A stretch of 64,000 nt of DNA from an uncultured Victivallales bacterium (lineage in GTDB: Bacteria > Verrucomicrobiota > Kiritimatiellia > UBA8416): NCBI GenBank assembly GCA_964576795.1, contig CAZNWT010000002.1, forward strand, positions 65,033-129,032, written 5' to 3'. The notes beneath the pieces are model-generated. The model did not search any database and had not been told where the DNA came from. It saw only the letters and a program-made list of their open reading frames with translations. Below, piece after piece: positions 40,182-49,841 of the stretch. The stretch's first letter is position 1; the number at the start of each line of letters is the position of its first letter. Both the position numbers and the translations under genes were made by a program.

Positions 40182-40661
40182 TTGCCGCGACACGTTACGG
40201 AAGAACTGGCTGCTGTGTTGTCGGATGTGACGGAAAAGGATTATCTGAAGAAGTCGCGGGCGTATTTCAAGCAGATGGAGCAGTGGCTCGACAAGAACAC
40301 GGGGGATACGTGGTTACAGCAAGAGGCTGTGGCATCCATTGTGCAAGACACGATTGAGAAGTATACGAATCTGGGCTATTGGCATATGTTTGCAGCCGTG
40401 ACCATGCCGAATCATGTCCACCTGTTCTTTCGTTGTGGCGATCGGTCGCTTGGGCGTGTCATGCGTAGTTTCAAGCGCTATACTGGGCGAGCTGGAAACG
40501 CGGTGCTGGGGCGACACGGCAAACGCTTTTGGCAGCGGGAATGGTTTGATCATTGGTCGCGCAGCACAGATGAAGATGACAAGATTGTGTCGTATATCAG
40601 GAACAACCCCATGCGTGCAGGATTGATAAAGGATGGCGAAACATGGCCATGGTTGATGTAA
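40182..40661 (+). CDS. REP-associated tyrosine transposase (RAYT, IS200-like Y1 HUH), 159 aa
   Basis: HuH 'MPNHVHLFF', Tyr motif 'VSYIRNNPMRAGL'. Flanked on both sides by GTAG-REP doublets. Confidence 0.8.
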   Translation: MPRHVTEELAAVLSDVTEKDYLKKSRAYFKQMEQWLDKNTGDTWLQQEAVASIVQDTIEKYTNLGYWHMFAAVTMPNHVHLFFRCGDRSLGRVMRSFKRYTGRAGNAVLGRHGKRFWQREWFDHWSRSTDEDDKIVSYIRNNPMRAGLIKDGETWPWLM

Positions 40662-40838
40662 TGGGGCTGGCCTTCGGGGAAGGCCGCCCTACGTAGCCCC
40701 CGCTTCCCCGAAGCGCAGGGCAGAACCGGGCAAGGATTACAGCAAAGAAAATGGCGAATGATTGGCGGGGGTGAATTGAGTAGCCCCGCCTTCACCGAAG
40801 GCGAGGGTTGGGCTGGCCTTCGGGGAAGGCCGCCCTAC

Positions 40839-40918
40839 TTGGGGCCGCGCGATATTGGGGCCGCGCGATATAGGGGCCGCGTGATGCAAGGGCCGCGTGA
40901 TGCGAGATGTTCGTGATG
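40839..40918. repeat. Five degenerate 16-nt tandem repeats (TTGGGGCCGCGCGATA…) inside a REPIN spacer
   Basis: Read from the sequence. The homologous spacer at 39968-40015 has a single unit. Confidence 0.8.
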
Positions 40919-41014
40919 CAGGGATGATGGTGAACGATCAGTGGCGTTGAGTAGCCCCCGCTTCCCCGAAGCGTAGGGCAAAAGCACTGGGCAAAACAAC
41001 GCAAGGAATTTGGT

Positions 41015-42706
41015 ATGCCTAAGAAAAAACAGAAACTTGAACTGACATGGATTGGGAAGGATGAGCAGCCGCAGCTTGAGCCACGGATTCTTATTGAAGA
41101 TCCGAGTAAGTCATATGGCGATTCGAATGCCGAGAATATGCTAATCCATGGGGACAATCTGCTTGCTCTCAAGGCACTGGAACAGGAGTTTACTGGGAAA
41201 GTTCAATGTATCTATGTTGATCCACCATTCAACACCGGCCAAGCGTTTCAGCACTACGAAGATGGAGTTGCTCATTCGTTGTGGCTGACTCTTATGGAGT
41301 CTCGGATTGAGTTTCTCTTCAGATTGTTGAGCCCAACGGGAACGCTGTGGGTACATTTGGACGACAATGAGGTCCACTATATGAAAGTTCTTATGGATCA
41401 GACTCTTGGACGAAGTCGGTTCATATCATCAATTGTGTGGCGAGCGGCCGACTCCTCGAATAATGATGCGAAGCAGTTTTCCTTGGACCACAACACTATT
41501 CTTGTCTATGCCAAAAGCTCCGACTGGGAGTCATTTCTTCTTCCTCGGCAAGACAAGGACAATCTGCACTACAGTAATCCAGATGACGACCCTCGGGGAC
41601 CGTGGTTTCAGGGTAACCTATCTTCTCCAAACCCCCGAGAAAATCTGCGCTTTGATGTCTCTTCCCCGCAAGGCTATGTGATTCATCCGCCGAGTAATGG
41701 ATGGCGCTGGAGCAGAGAGCGTATGAATTCTATGATCAGCACAGGGGAGATCGCTTTCTCTAGCGACGGAACGAGGGTAATGAAGAAGACGTACCTCGCG
41801 AACCAAAAGGGCCTTTCGCCCTCATCGCTCTGGAGTGACATTGAAGACACCGGGCACAACCGACAGGCAAAGTATGAGCTGAAAAAGCTTTTTCCCGACA
41901 CTCCGACGGCAGAGCTTTTCAAGACCCCTAAGCCGGAACGTCTGATTTACAAAATCCTTCAGATAGCCACGAAAGAGGGGGATATCGTGTTGGACTCATT
42001 CCTTGGTTCTGGAACTACTGCGGCGGTCGCACATAAGTTGGGGCGTAGATGGATAGGCGCCGAACTGGGAAATGCCTACAGCGAGGCCTGCATTCCCCGG
42101 CTCAGAAAGGTTTGCGACGGAACCGACCAAGGGGGAGTATCTAAATTGATTGAGTGGGTTGGCGGCGGCGGATTCAAGTGCTACGAACTTGCTCCCAGCC
42201 TCTTGAAGTCTGATACACACGGCAACTGGGTAATCAGCGATGAGTACAATGCCGACATGTTGGCCGCCGCGATGGCGAAGCATGAGGCGTTCAACTACAG
42301 CCCGGATGCGGAGATCTACTGGAAGCAGGGTAAATCATCCGATAAGGATTTTATTTTCACCACGACGTCATTTGTACAGGTGGCATTTCTTGATCGGTTG
42401 CACGAGGAAATGCAAGAGGATGAGCACCTGCTGATTTGCTGCAAGAAGTTTTCTGCGCCCTGTGCGCGACGCTATTCCAACATTGAGATCAGGAAGATCC
42501 CGAAGATGCTACTGGGTAAGTGCGAGTTCGGGCGTGATGACTATAGCCTTAACATCGTGAATGTTCCCACAGAGGAGGATGCGCCCGCTTTTGTGCCGCA
42601 AGGCCCTCCCGCTGCGCCAACTGCAAAACCGAAGCCAAAACGCAAGAAGGGCGGACGTCCCGGCCTGAGTCAGCCGGATTTGTTTGGTGAAGGAACGGCA
42701 GAATGA
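41015..42706 (+). CDS. mod: Type III restriction-modification Mod subunit (beta-class N6-adenine methyltransferase)
   Basis: Motif IV 'IYVDPPFNTG' precedes motif I 'VLDSFLGSGTTAAVA', the beta-class order. 563 aa. Confidence 0.85.
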   Translation: MPKKKQKLELTWIGKDEQPQLEPRILIEDPSKSYGDSNAENMLIHGDNLLALKALEQEFTGKVQCIYVDPPFNTGQAFQHYEDGVAHSLWLTLMESRIEFLFRLLSPTGTLWVHLDDNEVHYMKVLMDQTLGRSRFISSIVWRAADSSNNDAKQFSLDHNTILVYAKSSDWESFLLPRQDKDNLHYSNPDDDPRGPWFQGNLSSPNPRENLRFDVSSPQGYVIHPPSNGWRWSRERMNSMISTGEIAFSSDGTRVMKKTYLANQKGLSPSSLWSDIEDTGHNRQAKYELKKLFPDTPTAELFKTPKPERLIYKILQIATKEGDIVLDSFLGSGTTAAVAHKLGRRWIGAELGNAYSEACIPRLRKVCDGTDQGGVSKLIEWVGGGGFKCYELAPSLLKSDTHGNWVISDEYNADMLAAAMAKHEAFNYSPDAEIYWKQGKSSDKDFIFTTTSFVQVAFLDRLHEEMQEDEHLLICCKKFSAPCARRYSNIEIRKIPKMLLGKCEFGRDDYSLNIVNVPTEEDAPAFVPQGPPAAPTAKPKPKRKKGGRPGLSQPDLFGEGTAE

Positions 42707-42866
42707 GTATGCAGCGTTACGAATTGAGTAGCCCCGCCTTCCCCGAAGGCGAGGGCCGGGAGCTGGCCTTCGGGGAAGGCCGCTCTACTGCACCGCGCGA
42801 CGTAGCCCCCGCTTCCCCGAAGCGCAGGGCCGCACAGCGCAGGGATTGTGGTGGGGGGAATGGCAG

Positions 42867-44480
42867 ATGAAAACGAACAAACGTCAACTGCTGAAGGTGA
42901 GTCTGCCCTTTGGAAGCACGGAAGGCATAGCGCTGGAGTTCAAGGAAGCCAGAAATGCGTTGCCGAAGAATCTTTTCGATACGGTCTGCGCTTTTCTGAA
43001 TATGGATGGTGGGTTGATTGTTCTGGGAGTGGCCGATGATGGTGCCATCACGGGGGTGGAGCCCGGGGCTGTAGACGCGATCAAGACTGAGCTTGCGAAT
43101 CTTTCCAATAATCCCCAGAAGCTGTCACCGCCTTATTTGCTCTTTCCTCATGTTGAGGTGCACGACGGGAAACGCGTAATCACAGTGCAAGTTCCGGCCA
43201 GCTCGCAGGTTCACCAGACTGGCGGGCATACCTATCTGCGTAGTGAGGATGGTGACTATCGTATCAAGGGGCTAAACCAGATCGCGGGGCTGATGAATCG
43301 GAAGTTGAGTCTATTCAGTGAGCAGCGCGTGCTGCCATATTTGGGCATGGATGATCTGGATCCAGCGTTGTTTGAAAAGGCACGAATCCTGATGAAGGCG
43401 CACCTGCCGCAGCACCCGTGGGCTGCCCTACCGCCCGAGGATTTATTGAAAGTGGCGGGCTTTGTCCGGAAGGATTTTGAGACGGGAAAGCCGGGGTATA
43501 CACTTGCCGCCGCGCTAATGTTCGGCACGGACGCCACCATTCAGAGCGCGGCACCCGGATACAAGTTCGATGCGCTGCTACGGCGGCATGATCAGGAACG
43601 TTTTGATGATCGGTTGACGGTGCGAACCAACCTGATTGATGCTTTCGATCTGCTGATGGGATTCGTGGACAAGCACCTGAATGATCCTTTCTATCAGGAG
43701 GGGACGACCAGTATCAGCCTGCGCGCCGTCATCTTCCGTGAGCTTGTGGCAAACATCATCGCCCATCGGGATTATGTAAGTGTGGCTCCGGCGACGTTCT
43801 GTATCTATCCAGACCGGGTGGAGCTGAAGAATCCGAACATCCCGCACTATCATGGCAGAATAGATCCGGATGCCTTCACGCCTTTCCCCAAGAATCCGAC
43901 CATCTGCAAGTTCATGATCCAGATTGGGCGCTATGAGGAGCTAGGCTCCGGCGTGCGGCGCGTGAACAAGTATCTACCATACTATGCCCCCGGTGCGGGA
44001 AAACCCGTATTCGAAGATGGCGATATGTTTACAGTAACTGTGCCGGTAGTGGACACCCTGAAAAAGAAACGGCTAGAGTCGGCACCAGTCGGGGCACCAG
44101 TCGAGGCACCAGTTGGGGCACCAGTCGAGGCACCAGTCGCAGGGCAAGTCACAGGGCAAGTCACAGGGCAAGTCACAGGGCAAGTACAGAGGATACTTGC
44201 GATCTGCGAGGGGGAGATGACACGAAAAGAGCTGCAACTCGCCATCGGACTGAAGGGGCGTGACAACTTTGAGGTCAACTATCTCAAGCCTGCACTGGTC
44301 GCAGATTTGCTAGAAATGACCATCCCCGACAAGCCGAAGAGTCGCTTGCAGAAGTACCGGATCACGGACAAAGGGCGTGAGTTGCAAGAACAAGTAGCCC
44401 CGCCTTCACCGAAGGCGAGGGCCGGGGGGCTGGCCTTCGGGGAAGGCCGCCCTACTCAAGAGCTGGAGGAAACCTCATGA
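42867..44480 (+). CDS. AlbA_2/Schlafen-like (divergent AAA, PF04326-type) + HATPase_c_4-like + C-terminal wHTH protein. Contains in-frame 12-nt tandem repeats and a REP-derived C-terminal tail
   Basis: 'EGIALEFKEARNALPKNLFDTVCAFLNMDGGLIVLGV', 'IAHRDYVS…PDRVELKNPN', 'IGRYEELGSGVRRV'. Repeat peptide 'APVGAPVEAPVGAPVEAPVAGQVTGQVTGQVTGQV'. Last 25 aa are encoded by REP C+A. Confidence 0.6.
   Translation: MKTNKRQLLKVSLPFGSTEGIALEFKEARNALPKNLFDTVCAFLNMDGGLIVLGVADDGAITGVEPGAVDAIKTELANLSNNPQKLSPPYLLFPHVEVHDGKRVITVQVPASSQVHQTGGHTYLRSEDGDYRIKGLNQIAGLMNRKLSLFSEQRVLPYLGMDDLDPALFEKARILMKAHLPQHPWAALPPEDLLKVAGFVRKDFETGKPGYTLAAALMFGTDATIQSAAPGYKFDALLRRHDQERFDDRLTVRTNLIDAFDLLMGFVDKHLNDPFYQEGTTSISLRAVIFRELVANIIAHRDYVSVAPATFCIYPDRVELKNPNIPHYHGRIDPDAFTPFPKNPTICKFMIQIGRYEELGSGVRRVNKYLPYYAPGAGKPVFEDGDMFTVTVPVVDTLKKKRLESAPVGAPVEAPVGAPVEAPVAGQVTGQVTGQVTGQVQRILAICEGEMTRKELQLAIGLKGRDNFEVNYLKPALVADLLEMTIPDKPKSRLQKYRITDKGRELQEQVAPPSPKARAGGLAFGEGRPTQELEETS
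44081..44190. repeat. In-frame 12-nt tandem repeats (gcaccagtcgrg x5 then gggcaagtcaca x4) within the CDS
   Basis: Read from the sequence. Confidence 0.9.
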
Positions 44481-47137
44481 ACCATACCGCAAACTATGTG
44501 CGCAACCGCCTAAGCCTTCGCCCTCCGCAGACGGAGAGCTTGGAGATCCTGGCGTCATTGGCCGAAAAGCTATCGCTATCCAAAAGCCCTGACCTGGCAT
44601 CCGAGCTGGAACTCGTGAAAGCCGGGTTCTCAACCTGCACCGATTTTGAGCGTGATTTTCCGTCGCTCTGCTTTGCGCTGGCCACGGGTGTCGGCAAGAC
44701 GCGGCTGATGGGAGCTTTTGTTGCGTATCTCTACCTGGAAAAGGGCATTCGTAACTTTTTCATCATGTCACCCAACCTCACGGTCTACAATAAGTTGATC
44801 GAGGATTTTTCAGATCCATCCAGTCCCAAGTATGTCTTTCCGGGCATCGGGGATCTGTCCCAGAATCCGCCTCGGATTATTACGGGCGACAATTATGAAT
44901 ACGCGGCTCAGGGGGATTTGCTGACGGATGTGAACATTAATTTCTTCAATATTTCGAAGATTAATGCAGAGACCAGAAGTGGAGGCGTGCCCCGCATCAA
45001 GCGCATGGCCGAATATCTCGGTGAGAGCTATTTCAACTACCTTTCGAATTTGGATGACCTTGTCCTGCTGATGGACGAGTCCCACCATTATCGGGCGGCC
45101 CGCGGAATGGCCGTTATCAACGAGCTCAGGCCTATCTTGGGCCTAGAGTTAACAGCCACTCCCCAGGTCGAAAACGGGGGTAAGAAGATCCCTTTCAAGA
45201 ATGTGGTCTACGAGTATTCTCTCAGCAAGGCCATTCAGGACGGTTTCGTAAAGACCCCGGCTGTCGCCACGCGAAAGGATTTTGATCCTTCGCAGCATAG
45301 TGATGAGGAGCTTGATCGCATTAAACTTGAAGACGGTATCCGCATTCATGAGGACACTCGTGTGGCCCTCGAACTCTATGCACGCGACAACAAAATATGC
45401 CGGGTGAAACCGTTCATTCTGGTTGTCGCAAAGGACACCCGGCATGCGGGCCAGCTCAAGGCTATGATTGAGTCTGACAAATTCTTCGAAGGGCAGTATG
45501 CAGATAAGGTAATGGAGATCCACTCGAACCAACGTGGTTCAGAGAAGGATGAGAATATCGAGAAGCTATTGGCCTTGGAGGCTGTGGACAACAATATTGA
45601 AATTGTCATTCATGTGAACATGCTCAAGGAGGGGTGGGACGTCAACAACCTCTATACGATTATTCCGCTCCGTACCGCTGCATCGACAACCCTCCGCGAA
45701 CAGACTATAGGTCGCGGCCTCCGGCTCCCCTATGGCGTCATCACAGGTGATCCCAAGGTCGACAAGCTCACCATTGTGTCGCATGACCGATTCCAGGAAA
45801 TTGTGGACGAGGCCAACAAACCGAATTCAATCATTCATCTTGAGAATGTGATCGAAATCGACGAGGAGTTAACGACTCCGAAGGAGACTGTCAGCACGGT
45901 ATCCTCCATGGACACATTTTTCGATCCGGAGCAGAAGCAGGTCGAAGCTATTGAGAACAAGGCTGAAAGACAGAGAGCCCAGCTAACGCTCGACACGAAG
46001 AAGGAAATCGTCACTGCGCTGCATAGCCTCAATGCGGAGGTGAAGTCGGTGCATGAGCTAACACGACCGGAAGTGAAAAAGCTAACGGTGGAGCGTATTA
46101 AGCAGAAGTTTGCGGGGGATCTCTTTGTCGACGACCGGGTCAAGGAAGCGGAATCCCATTACGATGCCATAGCCAAGGAGTTCACAAAGCGGATCATTGA
46201 GATCCCGAGAATCATCATTCAGCAGTCCGATAACGTGCGGTCGGGATTTCATGAGTTCAAACTGGACGTCCTGGGGCTGGATCTGAAGCCAGTGTCGGAA
46301 GAGATTGTCAGGCAATCCCTCACTGATAACACCATGGAATCCATTTATGGTAAGGGACGTATTATTCCGGAGAATCTCGACAACCTAATCGTCAATGAAC
46401 TTATAAACGCCCCCGAGATTGACTACGACGAATGTTCGGATCTGCTGTTCTCGCTAGCAAATGACGCGCTGACTAAGTTGCGGTCGTCTCTAAACGAGGA
46501 TGACCTCATCAATGTCGTACAGTACCATCGGCGAGATATCGCGGCCTTCATCTATAAACAGATGATGGCTCCCTCGCATTTCTACTGTGATACACCTGCG
46601 TACGAGGAGGCGATTGTCCATCCGTTTACCCAGATTGAGGCGCACAACTTCTCGATGTTCTCTGCTGACACAATCCACGACTACACCGAAACCATTACGC
46701 CGACGCGATTGATCCCCTCCAAAGTGTTTGCTGGTTTCAAGAAGGCCTGCCACGACAAATACAAATTCGACTCCAAAACCGAGAAAGACTTCGCGGCCAT
46801 CATAGAGAAGGACGAGGATGTGTTGAAGTGGCTGAGACCAGCGAAGAAACAGTTTCAGATCTACTGGAAGCACAACTCCCGCCAGTACATCCCCGACTTC
46901 GTTGTCGAAACCGCCGACACCATCTACATGGTCGAGACGAAAAAAGAGGGCGACATCGAAACCGGCGAGGTGCAGGAGAAGGCGACTGCCGCCGTTGAAT
47001 ACTGCAAGCATGCCTCCAATTTCACCACCAAGAACAACGGCAAGCCCTGGCAATACGTCATCATCCCCCACAACGCCGTGTTTGCGAATATGGGGTTAAG
47101 CACACTCGCCACAAAGTTCGCACACCCCACAGACTAA
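44477..47137 (+). CDS. res: Type III restriction enzyme Res subunit (SF2 helicase + C-terminal PD-(D/E)xK)
   Basis: Walker A 'LATGVGKTRLM', motif II 'LLMDESHHY', C-terminal 'YIPDFVVETADTIYMVETKKEGD'. Start overlaps the stop of the upstream gene. Confidence 0.85.
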   Translation: MNHTANYVRNRLSLRPPQTESLEILASLAEKLSLSKSPDLASELELVKAGFSTCTDFERDFPSLCFALATGVGKTRLMGAFVAYLYLEKGIRNFFIMSPNLTVYNKLIEDFSDPSSPKYVFPGIGDLSQNPPRIITGDNYEYAAQGDLLTDVNINFFNISKINAETRSGGVPRIKRMAEYLGESYFNYLSNLDDLVLLMDESHHYRAARGMAVINELRPILGLELTATPQVENGGKKIPFKNVVYEYSLSKAIQDGFVKTPAVATRKDFDPSQHSDEELDRIKLEDGIRIHEDTRVALELYARDNKICRVKPFILVVAKDTRHAGQLKAMIESDKFFEGQYADKVMEIHSNQRGSEKDENIEKLLALEAVDNNIEIVIHVNMLKEGWDVNNLYTIIPLRTAASTTLREQTIGRGLRLPYGVITGDPKVDKLTIVSHDRFQEIVDEANKPNSIIHLENVIEIDEELTTPKETVSTVSSMDTFFDPEQKQVEAIENKAERQRAQLTLDTKKEIVTALHSLNAEVKSVHELTRPEVKKLTVERIKQKFAGDLFVDDRVKEAESHYDAIAKEFTKRIIEIPRIIIQQSDNVRSGFHEFKLDVLGLDLKPVSEEIVRQSLTDNTMESIYGKGRIIPENLDNLIVNELINAPEIDYDECSDLLFSLANDALTKLRSSLNEDDLINVVQYHRRDIAAFIYKQMMAPSHFYCDTPAYEEAIVHPFTQIEAHNFSMFSADTIHDYTETITPTRLIPSKVFAGFKKACHDKYKFDSKTEKDFAAIIEKDEDVLKWLRPAKKQFQIYWKHNSRQYIPDFVVETADTIYMVETKKEGDIETGEVQEKATAAVEYCKHASNFTTKNNGKPWQYVIIPHNAVFANMGLSTLATKFAHPTD

Positions 47138-47173
47138 TGGCAAGTATCGGTGGATTCTGATAGCCCTGATGAT

Positions 47174-47680
47174 TCAGCCAAGATCAATGCGGCGGTAAAT
47201 CATGTGGTTCTTGTCGAAGATAAAGTAGCCAGTGAAGGGTTTCCGTTTTAGCATTAGGGGGATCCAGTATTGGTCGTCTTCCCACATCTTGTCATAGGGA
47301 ATGGCATCGAGTGGTGTCCAGAGGGGGATGGCTTCATCGGTCTCGCGGGGAGTTCCGGTGTAGCCTTCTGCTCTGAATGCGGTGCAATGGATCGAAAATC
47401 CATCCCTAAATTGAAATGAGAGTTCGCCGCAATAGGAGACTGCTTCAGGGGTGATGCAGAGTTCTTCTTGAGTTTCACGGATGGCGGCTTCAAGCGGGGT
47501 CTCTCCCGGTTCAATCCGTCCCCCAGGGCCGCTGATATTGCCGGCTCCCAGTCCGCGTTTTTTATGAATCAAAAGCACATTTCCATCTTGAATCACAAAA
47601 AGTAGCGTCGCGCGCTGCTGTGGAACCCAGGTTGCCCAGTCGATGTCGTTAATGCTTTTCATGCTGTTATCATTCTCCAC
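47174..47680 (-). CDS. NUDIX hydrolase (MutT-like)
   Basis: NUDIX box 'GPGGRIEPGETPLEAAIRETQEELCI'. Confidence 0.8.
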   Translation of the reverse strand: MENDNSMKSINDIDWATWVPQQRATLLFVIQDGNVLLIHKKRGLGAGNISGPGGRIEPGETPLEAAIRETQEELCITPEAVSYCGELSFQFRDGFSIHCTAFRAEGYTGTPRETDEAIPLWTPLDAIPYDKMWEDDQYWIPLMLKRKPFTGYFIFDKNHMIYRRIDLG

Positions 47681-47699
47681 CTAGCCGCGGTCTAAGTAC

Positions 47700-47930
47700 A
47701 ACTCTACGCGCTCCTCGAATACGTGGAAGCACGTCCTACAAGGATTTTGGATGGTGCGGTTGGTGTAGGACGGGCTTCCCCGGTATTCCGGGGCGCCCGT
47801 GGTATTCCGAGGGATCCGTGTCGATGGTGCTGAATCTCCACGCGCTCTTCGAATACGGGGAAGCACGTCCTACAACGCGCGCCTTCAAAATCAATTTGCG
47901 TTTTCCTCATTCTTCTCGCAAGAACCCCTC
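47700..47930. repeat. Intergenic repeat structure: 37-nt direct repeat (CACGCGCTCYTCGAATACGKGGAAGCACGTCCTACAA at ~47705 and ~47840) with internal inverted copies (TGTAGGACGGGCTTCC)
   Basis: Read from the sequence. Confidence 0.7.
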
Positions 47931-47957
47931 TTGAGTAGTTGCATATCATAGATGCTC

Positions 47958-48614
47958 TTATTTCCCCGGCAAGACATAGAAAAACACTGCGATGAAGTGA
48001 CTGAAGCTTCCAATCAAGACAAACACATGGAATAGGGCGTGGTTGAACCGTATCTTCTTGATGGCGTAAAGGGTCGCTCCCAGAGTGTAGGCCATGCCGC
48101 CCGCGAAGAGCCAGACTAGACCTTCTTCAGGCAGATTATGCACGAGGGGTTTTGCGGCAATGATGCCGATCCAACCCATGAATACGTACATGAGCGTTGA
48201 CACGATCTTGTATCGTCCTGTGAAGAATAGTTTCAGAATGATGCCCGTCAAGGCCAGCCCCCAGACAATGCCGAAGATGACCCAGCCGAGAGGCCCTCGT
48301 AACGTGACGAGTGCAAATGGCGTGTAGGTGCCGGCAATAAGTGCGTAGATGGAGGCGTGATCGAGAATCCTCAGACGGGTTCTCAGCGCAGGGGTGCTGG
48401 TGCTGTGGTAGATTGTGGATGCGGCGAATAGCACAATCAGGCTGGATCCAAAAATGCTGAAACTCACCACATGCCAGGTGTTTCCGTATAGCGTAGCCCG
48501 GACTACCAGCAGCGCGAGTGCCGTAATGCTTAATACTAGGCCGATTGCATGCGAAACGATGTTCGTTTTCTCTTCTGCGGGAGAGTAAGAAATCGTCTGT
48601 TTTGAAGTTTTCAT
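47958..48614 (-). CDS. Hemolysin III/PAQR-family channel protein
   Basis: Seven-TM protein with 'YHS…H' motifs ('STIYHSTS', 'RILDHASIY', 'HALFHVFVLIGSFSHF'). Confidence 0.7.
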   Translation of the reverse strand: MKTSKQTISYSPAEEKTNIVSHAIGLVLSITALALLVVRATLYGNTWHVVSFSIFGSSLIVLFAASTIYHSTSTPALRTRLRILDHASIYALIAGTYTPFALVTLRGPLGWVIFGIVWGLALTGIILKLFFTGRYKIVSTLMYVFMGWIGIIAAKPLVHNLPEEGLVWLFAGGMAYTLGATLYAIKKIRFNHALFHVFVLIGSFSHFIAVFFYVLPGK

Positions 48615-48627
48615 ATGCTGGTGATCG

Positions 48628-49641
48628 TTATAGTTTCCAGCGGTATTCCAAGCGCGTCTCCCGATTGAGATCAAACCAGGCGCGGGTTTTGATGGAGGTA
48701 GCCGCCTTTAGCAGTGCTTTCAAAGAAAAGGCGGTTTCGTAACGGTAGACAATGATGTCGTTGACGTCTAGCAGCTCCGCTGTGCGTATCATGGCGTCGT
48801 TCCAATAGCCGGTTTCGTCAATCAGTCCAAGGCGTAGTGCCTCGTCGGACGTAAAGATGCGGCCATCTGCCAGAGTGCGTACCTCGGTCTCGGGGAGATC
48901 GCGATGTTTGACGACGAGTTCGACAAAACGGTCATACAGCGAATCGACGACGGACTGCATGAGGGCCTGTTGTTGTTCCGTAAAGTCGCCGAGGGGATTG
49001 AGGATGTCTTTGTTGACGCCCGACTTGATGGTGACGTCTTTGATTCCGTGTTTCATTGCCAGTTCGTGAAAATTGACAGATTGTATGAGTACGCCGATGG
49101 AGCCTGTGATGGTGGTGGGATGCGCAATGATATGATCTGCAGCTAGTGCAATGTAGTAGGCCCCGGAGGCGGCCATGTCTCCGCATATCGCCACGATGCG
49201 GCGTTCGGAACGTGATTTTTTAAAGTTCAGAAGCGCATTGTAGATGATGTCGCTGGCGGTGATGCCACCACCGCCACTGTCGATGTCGAGGATGATGGCT
49301 TGGACGTCTTTGTCCAGTGTTGCCCGTCGAATGGCGTTCAAGGCCATTCCGGCAGAGCTTCCGGAATGAAAGAGGGAGCCGCTATCGCCCAGCATGATCA
49401 TGCCGGTAATGGGGATGCGAACGACTTTGTTGCTGCCTTGGCCGTATGACCAGATCTCATCAAGGGCAGGGCATTCGTCGTCGCCGTATTCTGCGGTAGA
49501 CTTTGCAAAGTGACCCGAAGAAAGGAGGGGACTGCCTGTGGTTCTCAACCAGAGAAAGGCAGCACCAAAGATGAGGAGAAATGTCAGGATTAGTAGGCAT
49601 CCGGGGCGTCGTCGATGAGGTTTGTATGTCACTTTGCTCAT
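48628..49641 (-). CDS. sppA: Signal peptide peptidase SppA (S49)
   Basis: 'AICGDMAASGAYYIALAADHI', 'GSIGVL'. Confidence 0.8.
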   Translation of the reverse strand: MSKVTYKPHRRRPGCLLILTFLLIFGAAFLWLRTTGSPLLSSGHFAKSTAEYGDDECPALDEIWSYGQGSNKVVRIPITGMIMLGDSGSLFHSGSSAGMALNAIRRATLDKDVQAIILDIDSGGGGITASDIIYNALLNFKKSRSERRIVAICGDMAASGAYYIALAADHIIAHPTTITGSIGVLIQSVNFHELAMKHGIKDVTIKSGVNKDILNPLGDFTEQQQALMQSVVDSLYDRFVELVVKHRDLPETEVRTLADGRIFTSDEALRLGLIDETGYWNDAMIRTAELLDVNDIIVYRYETAFSLKALLKAATSIKTRAWFDLNRETRLEYRWKL

Positions 49642-49841
49642 ATGCTTTCTTTCGTTTTACTTCGTTTGCGACCGAGCATGATTATTCACTCCCATTTTCT
49701 GTTCCATCTGTGAATGCTTTGCTTGTGGTATGGGGTTTGTTAGCATGACGCAAAGACTAACATAGGGCGGGTATTGCTAAAAGGTGGAAAGCGCTATGCA
49801 AGCCGTTGCTGTTTTTGGATTCAGGAAAAGGGAGAAATGCT

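Noticed and set aside
46490-47071. 193-aa antisense ORF
   Set aside because: Embedded in the res coding region on the opposite strand, Gly/Val-rich. No support.
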